Positions 1-8,300 of a DNA stretch of 64,000 nt are shown here, piece by piece; position 1 is the stretch's first letter; every line of letters starts with the position of its first letter. The position numbers and the translations under genes were made by a program. The notes beneath the pieces were generated by a model. The model worked only from the letters and a program-made list of their open reading frames with translations. It was not told the DNA's origin and made no database searches. This DNA comes from an uncultured Myxococcales bacterium (GTDB lineage Bacteria > Myxococcota_A > Polyangia > Polyangiales > Houyiibacteriaceae), in NCBI GenBank assembly GCA_965601515.1, contig CBFCWN010000008.1:4379-68378 (forward strand), read 5' to 3'.

Positions 1-370
1 TCGTCGCTTTGTCCATCACCGCGGCGAGACGTTCGGTCTGCTGCTTGTTCCGCTGGTATTCGGCCTCGCGCTGAGGGTCGTACGCCGGAAGCTGCACGCC
101 GGTCTGCTCCGCAAGGTCGCGTGCCACCTCGGGGAACGTCTTGCCCTCCACGTGCATCAAAAACGAAAAGATGTCGCCCGACGCCTTGCACCCGAAGCAA
201 TGGTAGAAACCCCGGTTCGGGTGCACGTAGAACGACGGCGTCTTCTCGTTGTGAAAGGGGCAAAGCCCTTTGAGGCTGTTGCCACTCTTCTTGAGCGTCA
301 CGTAGTTCCCGATGACCTCTGCGATCGGGGCCCTGTCCCGGATCTCAGCAATCTTGTCTTCGGAAATCAC
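1..370 (-). CDS. dnaG: DNA primase, N-terminal part (runs off window start)
   Basis: Not in ORF track; minus-strand read from GTG at 370 gives MISEDKIAEIRDRAPIAEVIGNYVTLKKSGNSLKGLCPFHNEKTPSFYV...YHCFGC, the CHC2 zinc finger of DnaG. Confidence 0.95.
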   Translation of the reverse strand, partial: MISEDKIAEIRDRAPIAEVIGNYVTLKKSGNSLKGLCPFHNEKTPSFYVHPNRGFYHCFGCKASGDIFSFLMHVEGKTFPEVARDLAEQTGVQLPAYDPQREAEYQRNKQQTERLAAVMDKAT

Positions 371-470
371 CGCCGCGTCTCAACCATCATCGCCGCCCTG
401 CGAAGTGCAGAGGAGTGTATGCCTCGCTTCGTTCTTGGCAAGCGGGGTCTGCCGCTGTAGTTGTGGCGCG

Positions 471-1211
471 ATGACCGAAGCGCGCGCGGCCACCCGGCAA
501 GTTCTCGTCGTCTACGCGCTCGTCTGTGCGGCGGTCTTTGCGGCGACGCGTCTCGGCGCCTCGTCGACCTTCGGTCCCTACGTTCACCTCGCTGTGGCGG
601 CGATCTTCTTGTTGACGGCCCTGCGGATGACACGAGACGACCCCCGTCACTTCGGCCTCGCACTCGGCGGCCTCCTCGAACCGTCGATGAACGACCGCCC
701 ACGTGGACCGCTCGGCCTCTTCGATCTCGCGCGGGCCCTTTGGGGAGCTCTCCCATCGGCGCTTCGAGAGGTTGGCGCGGCGTTCGCCGTCGGCGCCGTG
801 GTCTTCCCGCTGTACGCGGTCGGCTTCTACATGTGGAACGAACCTGCTCGGGCGTTCGATCTGACGCTGCCTCCAGACCTCGCGAACATGGTGCTTGCGC
901 AGCTGATCGTGGTCGCGCTCCCTGAAGAGGCGTTCTTCCGCGGCTACGTGCAGACGTCCCTGACGGACGCCGAGTCGGGCCGTGTTCGACTGCTAGGCGT
1001 TTCTCTCGCTCCGCGCGCCTGGCTCGCCCAGGCCGCACTCTTTGCGTTGGTTCACGTGCTGTCGGAGCCCCACCCTGCGCGCCTCGCGGTCTTCTTCCCC
1101 GCTCTCCTCTTCGGCTGGATGCGCGCGTGGCGCGGTGGGATTGGCGCTGCCCTCGCCCTTCATGCGATGAGCAACCTTTATTCCGAGATCCTCGCGCGGA
1201 GTTGGCTATAA
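471..1211 (+). CDS. CPBP/Rce1-family glutamic intramembrane protease (myxosortase-like)
   Basis: EEAFFRG, FALVH and HAMSN motifs; multiple TM helices; RLAVFFPALLFGW segment; ATG at 471 chosen within ORF 312..1211. Confidence 0.85.
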   Translation: MTEARAATRQVLVVYALVCAAVFAATRLGASSTFGPYVHLAVAAIFLLTALRMTRDDPRHFGLALGGLLEPSMNDRPRGPLGLFDLARALWGALPSALREVGAAFAVGAVVFPLYAVGFYMWNEPARAFDLTLPPDLANMVLAQLIVVALPEEAFFRGYVQTSLTDAESGRVRLLGVSLAPRAWLAQAALFALVHVLSEPHPARLAVFFPALLFGWMRAWRGGIGAALALHAMSNLYSEILARSWL

Positions 1212-1218
1212 CAGGCGT

Positions 1219-2073
1219 ATGCACGTCGCTCCGCCCTCACCCACCGTGCTTTCCGAGACCGTTCGACGGGCGCTCGCCGAGGACATCGACCGGGGCGACG
1301 TCACGACCGAAGCGTGCGTGCCGTCGTCGCTGATGGCCGAGGCGGAGCTTCGCGCCCGCGAGCCCATGGTCGTCTGCGGCCTCCCGATCCTCGAAGAGGT
1401 GTACGCGCAGGTCGATTCGCGGGTTGACCTCGATGCGCACGTCCTCGACGGTGCTCAAGTCGCGGCGGGCGCGCTGGTTGCTACGGTCGCCGGTCCTGCG
1501 GCCTCGATCCTTCTCGGTGAGCGCGTCGCCCTCAACTTCCTGCAGCGTCTGAGCGGAGTCGCCACTCTGACTCGCCGCTACGTGGACGCCCTCCCCGTCT
1601 CATCCACCACCCGAATCACCGACACCCGGAAAACCACCCCCGGACTCCGAGCCTTTGAGCGCTACGCGGTCCGCTGCGGCGGCGGCTACAACCACCGCGA
1701 AGACCTCAGCTCTGCGGTCCTGATCAAGGACAACCACATCGCTGCCGCCGGCGGGGTTCGCGAAGCGATCGAGCGGGCGAAGGCCTATGCCCCGCACACC
1801 TGCCGCATCGAATGTGAGGTCGACACACAGGAACAGCTCGCGGAGGCGCTGCACGCGGGTGCAGACATCGTCATGCTCGACAACTTCAGCGACGAGCAGG
1901 TCCGCGAGGCGCTCGCGACGATCGACGGTCGCGCTTTCGTCGAAGCCTCCGGCGGGATCACGCTCGAGCGGATCGCAACGCTTGGCGATCTCGGGGTCGA
2001 CGCGATCAGCGTTGGAGCTCTCACGCACTCCGCGCCCTCGAGTGACCTCGGTCTCGATTGGACGGAACAATGA
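1219..2073 (+). CDS. nadC: nicotinate-nucleotide pyrophosphorylase (quinolinate phosphoribosyltransferase)
   Basis: ERVALNFLQRLSG, DTRKTTPG, NHR, LIKDNH, IMLDN, EASGG, SVGALTHS motifs. Confidence 0.97.
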   Translation: MHVAPPSPTVLSETVRRALAEDIDRGDVTTEACVPSSLMAEAELRAREPMVVCGLPILEEVYAQVDSRVDLDAHVLDGAQVAAGALVATVAGPAASILLGERVALNFLQRLSGVATLTRRYVDALPVSSTTRITDTRKTTPGLRAFERYAVRCGGGYNHREDLSSAVLIKDNHIAAAGGVREAIERAKAYAPHTCRIECEVDTQEQLAEALHAGADIVMLDNFSDEQVREALATIDGRAFVEASGGITLERIATLGDLGVDAISVGALTHSAPSSDLGLDWTEQ

Positions 2074-2843
2074 CCACTCTCGATCCCGAAGCACTTCGGT
2101 CGGCGCTCGATGGCCGCTGGGGTACGTCTGTCACGGTCGTCGAGTCGACCTCCTCGACGATGGACGATGCCGCGGCCGCCGCAGCGGACGGCGCTCCCGA
2201 CGGACACGTGATCGTCGCGGACCGACAGGACCACGGACGCGGCGCGCACGGGCGCTCTTGGGAGTCGCCCGGGGGCACCGATCTCTATTTTTCGATCGTC
2301 GCTCGACCGACTCTCGAACCGAGCTCGATCGCGCTCGTCACATTGGCGACGGGCCTTGGTGTCCGAGATGCCGTTGCCTCGTTCCTGCCGGACCGCGCCA
2401 TCGAAGTAAAGTGGCCCAACGATGTCTGGGTCGAGCGACGCAAGTGCGCAGGCGTACTCGTCGAGAGCCGAATGACAGGGCCGACCATCGAGTTCGTCGT
2501 TCTCGGCGTGGGCCTCAACGTCAACCGTCTCGAATGGCCCGCCGAGCTCGAAGGGATCGCGACATCGATCCTGCAAGAAGGTGGGGGCGATGTGCTCGAT
2601 CGAGTCGACGTCCTCGCCAGCGTCATCGGGCACATCGAGTCTCGAGTCGACGGCCTCGTCAACCATGGCAGCGGCGCACTGGTCGACGCACTTCGTCCCC
2701 ACCTCGCCCTTGTCGGCGATCGGGTTCGTTGGGAAGACGGCGAAGGCGTATTCGAAGGAGTGGATGCCGGAGGAGCCGCGCTCGTGCGGACGAACTCGAA
2801 GCTCCAGACGTTGCACGCGGCGCGTTTTCAACCACTCGACTGA
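2070..2843 (+). CDS. birA: biotin-[acetyl-CoA-carboxylase] ligase (no N-terminal HTH)
   Basis: STSSTM, QDHGRGAHGRSWESP, KWPND, KCAGVLVE, GVGLNV; ATGA overlap with nadC stop. Confidence 0.93.
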   Translation: MTTLDPEALRSALDGRWGTSVTVVESTSSTMDDAAAAAADGAPDGHVIVADRQDHGRGAHGRSWESPGGTDLYFSIVARPTLEPSSIALVTLATGLGVRDAVASFLPDRAIEVKWPNDVWVERRKCAGVLVESRMTGPTIEFVVLGVGLNVNRLEWPAELEGIATSILQEGGGDVLDRVDVLASVIGHIESRVDGLVNHGSGALVDALRPHLALVGDRVRWEDGEGVFEGVDAGGAALVRTNSKLQTLHAARFQPLD

Positions 2844-2887
2844 CCCCTCCGCTTGCCCGGGCGAGTCGTGCGCTCCAGATCTAGCCA

Positions 2888-3796
2888 ATGGCGCACGCAC
2901 GCGAGCTCAGATGGTTGCAAGACACGGTGGGGGTGCTCGACCTGGCGGACCGCAGCGTCATCTCGGTGACGGGCGACGACGCACACGAATGGCTTCAGGG
3001 GCAGCTCACCAACGACTGCGAAGGCAAGTCGGCGGGCGAATCGGTGTATGGGTTCATCCTCACGCTGAAGGGCCGCGTGCTCGCGGACACCTGGGCCTTC
3101 TTTCACGACGAGGGCGTCTGGCTCGACGTACCCGAGAGCCAGGCCGAGGCCGTGATGGAGCGGCTCGACCGCTACATCATCATGGAAGACGTCGACCTCG
3201 CACTCGAACGCGAGCTCCGATGGATGACCGCGCAGGGGCCCGCATCCGATCAAGTGGTCGAGACGAGCTGGCCTGCGAGCCGACTGGGATCTGGAGGTCG
3301 TCAGTGGCTGGTCCCAGCAAGCGAGCTGAACGTGGAACTCGAGCGGGCAACACGTGCGGCGACACAGCAGGACGGCGGCTGGGTAAATACTGACGCGTGG
3401 CGATTCGCGCACGTGGTGTGGGGGCTTCCACTCTTCGGCCAAGACTTCGGCGACTGGACCTACCCGCAGGAAACGGGACTCACCACCGCGGCCGTGTCGT
3501 TCAACAAGGGGTGCTACATCGGCCAGGAGACGGTCGTGATGCTGGAGAACCGCGGCAAAGCGCCGAAGGTACTTTGGCAGTGGGCGATCGAAACGGACGA
3601 GGCTCCCGCACCGAAGACGCCCATCGAACGAGACGGTGAGCGCGTCGGCGACATCACGTCGGCGGTCGTGACGGACGACGGAGTGCTCGCGCTCGGCTTT
3701 CTCAAGCGTGGCCACGAAGACGAAAACGACGGGTTCGCGGTGGCCGGGGCACCCGCGAAGCCTCGGGGTTCCGTGGCGGATCGGCTGCGCGTCTAG
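2888..3796 (+). CDS. ygfZ: YgfZ/GcvT-like folate-binding protein
   Basis: KGCYIGQE signature; LQGQLTND; GcvT-like C-terminus. Confidence 0.9.
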   Translation: MAHARELRWLQDTVGVLDLADRSVISVTGDDAHEWLQGQLTNDCEGKSAGESVYGFILTLKGRVLADTWAFFHDEGVWLDVPESQAEAVMERLDRYIIMEDVDLALERELRWMTAQGPASDQVVETSWPASRLGSGGRQWLVPASELNVELERATRAATQQDGGWVNTDAWRFAHVVWGLPLFGQDFGDWTYPQETGLTTAAVSFNKGCYIGQETVVMLENRGKAPKVLWQWAIETDEAPAPKTPIERDGERVGDITSAVVTDDGVLALGFLKRGHEDENDGFAVAGAPAKPRGSVADRLRV

Positions 3797-3879
3797 CCCT
3801 TGTCCACGTGACGATACGGCACCTGTCGAGGTGGCGCGGATCCTGGGTCGACCTTATAGTACGAACTACGAGGAGGCCT

Positions 3880-4203
3880 ATGCTCAACCTGACAGACCGC
3901 GCCGCACACAAGGTTAAAGAGATCCGCGACACCGAAGGCTTGGAAGGCCAAGGCCTTCGAGTACGGGTGATCGGCGGCGGATGTGCCGGTTTTTCCTACG
4001 ATCTTTTCTTCGAAGACGAGACCTCAGACCTCGACCAGACGTTCGAATCGCATGGAATCTCCATCTATGTCGACATGATGAGCGCTCAGTATCTCGAGGG
4101 GACGGAAATCGACTACGTCGAGGGACTCCAGGGCGCCGGGTTCAAGTTTGTGAATCCGCAGGCCAAACAGACCTGCGGCTGCGGGTCTAGCTTCTCGGCA
4201 TAA
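3880..4203 (+). CDS. A-type Fe-S cluster carrier (IscA/ErpA, HesB family)
   Basis: GGGCAGFSY and TCGCGSSF motifs; AGGAGG SD before ATG at 3880. Confidence 0.95.
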   Translation: MLNLTDRAAHKVKEIRDTEGLEGQGLRVRVIGGGCAGFSYDLFFEDETSDLDQTFESHGISIYVDMMSAQYLEGTEIDYVEGLQGAGFKFVNPQAKQTCGCGSSFSA

Positions 4204-4230
4204 ACTATCCATCATTTCAATGGGTTAGAG

Positions 4231-4268
4231 AGACCTGGGCATGTTGTTGTTCAGGTCTTGTCTAATTT
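4231..4268 (+). terminator. possible intrinsic terminator after iscA-like gene
   Basis: AGACCTGGGCA...TGTTCAGGTCT hairpin (with G-U pairs) followed by T-rich TGTCTAATTT. Confidence 0.4.
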
Positions 4269-4383
4269 GACTTGCCCTGTTGTCCAGATGGGTCTAGGTA
4301 CTTCTTAGACAACACCTAGACAAAAGTCGATTCAGGCTTTTCCCGGGTAACGTAACGTAACCGCCGACGTAAGAGAAAAGACC

Positions 4384-5220
4384 ATGCAGTCATCCGCCTC
4401 CCTCGATCGCTACATCCAACAAGTCCGTGCCATTCCCAAGCTTTCGCGCGAAGCCGAGCATCAGCTCGCCCTCAAGGTCGTCGAAGGTGACCAAGATGCC
4501 GCGGATAAGCTCGTCGAAGCCAACCTCCGGTACGTGATCGCGATTGCGCTTCAGTACCGGCGCTACGGCGTGAAGCTCGGCGACCTCATCGCGGAAGGCA
4601 GCGTGGGTCTCGTGACCGCGGTTCGCAAGTTCGACCCGCATCGCGGCACCCGCTTCGTGACGTACGCCGGTTACTGGATTCGCGCGTTTGTGCTCGAATC
4701 CGTGGTTCGGTCGAGCACCATGGTTGGTGCAGGCTCTGGCCCCTTCCGCTCCAAGCTCTTCTTCCGCCTACGTCGCGAGCGCGCACGGCTTTCGAACGTC
4801 ATCTCCGACCCCGATGAGCTGACTGAAAAGCTCGCTTCAGAGTTCGACACCACCAAGGAAAAGATGACGGAGCTACTTCGTCGCCTCGACCAGCGTGAAA
4901 TCTCCCTCGACGCGCCCGCCTACCACGACTCGGACTCCACGCTCGTGGAGATGCTGCCTGGAGGCGCGGAGCCTCAGGACGTCGTTGTGGGGCGGCAGCG
5001 CCGACACAGCGGAATCCAGACCCGCCTCGCTGGCGCCCTCTCGGTGCTGGACGACCGCGAGCGCCTCATCGTCGAAAAGCGCATTCTCGCGGACGAGTCC
5101 GCCTCCTTGGCCTCGCTCGGACGTGAGCTCGGCGTGAGCCGGGAGCGCGCACGCCAGCTCGAAGCCCGCGCCAAGCGGAAGCTCGCCGAAGAGCTCAAAG
5201 ACCTCGCTCCCGCCGCGTAA
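4384..5220 (+). CDS. rpoH: RNA polymerase sigma factor, RpoH/sigma-32 family
   Basis: LVEANLRYV, DLIAEG, KFDP.RG.RF.TYA.YWIR, RpoH-box-like SKLFFRLR, region 4 GVSRERARQLE. Confidence 0.85.
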   Translation: MQSSASLDRYIQQVRAIPKLSREAEHQLALKVVEGDQDAADKLVEANLRYVIAIALQYRRYGVKLGDLIAEGSVGLVTAVRKFDPHRGTRFVTYAGYWIRAFVLESVVRSSTMVGAGSGPFRSKLFFRLRRERARLSNVISDPDELTEKLASEFDTTKEKMTELLRRLDQREISLDAPAYHDSDSTLVEMLPGGAEPQDVVVGRQRRHSGIQTRLAGALSVLDDRERLIVEKRILADESASLASLGRELGVSRERARQLEARAKRKLAEELKDLAPAA

Positions 5221-5302
5221 TTCGCACCGATTTGGTGTAAGACAGGCAACTACCCAGGGGCTCGGTGCGAAAACGCCGTTCCCGGGGTAGCATGGGCGTA
5301 GG

Positions 5303-8300
5303 ATGGGAGCCGACAAAGGGGACGTTACTGCGCTACGACGTCGAGACTCCACGGCAGAGCTTGGGCAAGACGACCTCGTCGAGGACGAGGGTGGACCGCC
5401 GAGCTTCCCGCGCCCTCCCCCACTGACCGAGGCTCCTCCGCCCCGAGCTCCCTCCGAAGCGCCGACGCCCAAGGTGGATCCCACTCGACGCGCTCGCGAA
5501 TGGATGGACGAATGCGCTCGGGAGCTGGAACACACCTCGGACGCTCGGCGGATCGCGCGACTCTACTACGAGATGGCGCGCGTCTCCGAGGGAACGCTCG
5601 GCGATTCCCGGAAGGCGCTCCAATACTACCAGGCGACACTCGAACGTTCGCCCGACTACGTTCCGGCGATTCGCGCCGCGCGCCGACTCCTGATTGCCGC
5701 CCGGATGTTCACCGAGGCGCTCGAGCTCTTCGACGCAGAGGCGCGCGTGACCCGACAGCCCCGCGACAAGGCCACGCTGTTCTTTCTGAAAGGAAGACTG
5801 CTCGAAGATGTGCTCGGAAACCGTGACGCAGCCGCCGAAGCCTATCAGACCGCCCGTGCGCTCGACCGATCGCACGCCGCAATCCTGCGCGCGACCGAGC
5901 AACGCTCGTTTGCGAAGCAGAAATGGCCAGAGGTCGACCGTGCGCTCTCCGAGGTGGCCAACGCGACCGCTGCCAACGACTCGCATCGCGCTGCGCTGAT
6001 CGTACGACGGGCGCAGCTGCTCGAAAGCAGGCAACAGCGCCCCGAGCAGGCGGCCGAGCTCTACGAGACGGCGCTCCAACTGGACCCGAACGCATCGATC
6101 GCCGTTCAAGCTCTCAAGCGACTCTATTACGCGCAGCACCGCTGGCGGGACCTCATTCGGACGCTCGAAGCAGAGGCCAAGCTCGCGACCGATCCTCAGC
6201 TGGAGGCTTCCGCGCTGTACCGCGCCGCGCGAATCAACGCGGAGCACTTGGGCAACCGCGACGAGGCGATCCGGGTGCTCGAACGGGCGCGAACGCTCGT
6301 GCCGGACGATTCGCTCGTCCTCGGTGAGCTCTGCCGGCACTACGAATCTGGACAGCGTCCCCAAGCCCTCGCCGAGGCGCTCGAAGCACTCACGCAGGCG
6401 ACCGAGGACGAGGCCGAACGACTCACGTTTACCCAACGGATCGCACGCCTCTACGAGGAAGAGCTCGGTGACGTCGACCAGGCGATTCTCTGGCACGAAC
6501 GCGCCGTCGAGCTCGAACCGACGTCGCTTTCGAGCCTTCAGGCGCTGAGCCTCCTGTATCGCGTTCGCGGCGCCTGGCCGAAGCTCATCGACATGTGCCT
6601 GCAGGAAGCGCGGCATACGACGGACGCGCAGCGTCGCGCAGACGCACATGCGCGTGCGGCTGAAATCTACGAAAGCCGGCTCCACACGGTCGATGTCGCG
6701 ATCGATCACTACCAGCGTGCTCTTCATGCGATGCCGGACCACGCCACCGCGTTCAAGGCGCTCGCGAGACTCCTGTCAGACGTCAACCGACCCAAAGAGC
6801 TCATTCAGCTTTACGAGAATGCGCTCGACCGGGCGACCGGAACGCGCGCCGTGTCTTACCTCTTCAAGATCGCGCAGCTCTACGAAGACGTGCTCTCCGA
6901 GCATGCTCTCGCGGCACAAACCTATAAGCGCGTCCTTCAGCAGGACTCGAGCAACCTCGCCGCCGTCCACGCCTGGCAGCGCTCGGCTGCTCGAGCCCAT
7001 CGTTCGCGAGAGCTCCTCGAAGCGCTCGACTACGAGATCGAGCTCACCGTCGAGCGTGACCGCCTCGTGGCTCTGCTTCATCGAGCGGGCGAGGTTCTCG
7101 AGGAGCAGCTCGAAGACCGCGACCGAGCGATCCAGCGCTACCGTGCCGCACTCGACAAAGACCCACGGCACGTCCCCACCCTTTCGAGCCTCGGACGGCT
7201 CTACTACGCGACCGGCCGTTGGAACGACCTGCTCGACGTCTATGGTCAGGAGCTTCGTCTCACGTCCGCGAAAGCGCGCCGCGTGGCCCTGCTTCAAAAG
7301 ATGGCGGAGATCTCGCGCGATCGGCTCGGGTCCAACGACGAGGCGCTTCGCTACCACCGGGAAGCGATCAAAGTCGATCCGTCGCACGCGCCGTCTCTCC
7401 AGGAGCTCGCGCGCCAGCTTCGGGAGCGCGGGTCGTGGGAGGAGCTGGTCGACGTCCTCGAGCTCCAGCTTCGCAGCGCGTCCTCGCCGCGGATGCGTGC
7501 GAGGGCCGCCTTTCTTCTCGGCCAAGTCTACGAAGAGCATCTCGGGGACCGAACCAAAGCCGCCGCCTCGTACGAGGCCTCCGTGGCCGCCGATGTGGCG
7601 TATCGCCCCGCGGTCGACGCGCTCGCGCGTGTTCGCGCCGAGGAGCACGACTGGACGCACCTTCTCTCGGACCTCGAACGAGAGCTCCGCCTTGCCGAGG
7701 ACCCGGGACAGCGCATCGCCCTTTTCGCGAGACGCGCTCAGGTGCTCGAGCGCCAAGACAAGCATCGGCAGGCCATCCAGGCTTGGGAGGACGTGCTTGC
7801 GATCAACCCGCGGCATCTAGGCGCGCTGCTCGCACTCGAGCAGCTCTACCGACAGGTCGGCGCATGGGAGTCGCTGGTCGGCATCTATACGACGCAGGCA
7901 GACGTGCTCGACGAATCGGGAGCGCGCGTGGCGGCGCTATACGAGCTTGCTCGCCTGCTCGAGCACGAGGGCCTCGGCGACGCGGATCAGATCGTGGACG
8001 CGTATCGTCGCATCCTCAAAGACCAACCCACCGACCTCGGGGCACTCCTCGAGCTCGAGCGTCTCGCAACCGCAAAGGCAGACGCCGAGCTGCTCGAGGA
8101 GGTAGACCGACTGATGGCGAAGTCCGCGTCCGATCCGACAGTCGCGGCAGCGCATCGTGCTCGACTCGCTGAAGCACTCGAGGGCTCGGATGACGGCGAG
8201 GCGATCGAGCTCTTCCGCGGTGCCGTCACGTCCGATCCTTACCACGTCGGTGCGGCACGCGGTCTCACAAGAGTTGCGCAGGAAACCAACGATCCGCATG

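Noticed and set aside
5218-5303. Stop-codon readthrough from rpoH into the TPR gene via the pseudoknot
   Set aside because: The readthrough frame hits TAG at ~5299, the TPR gene is in a different frame, and no slippery site was seen
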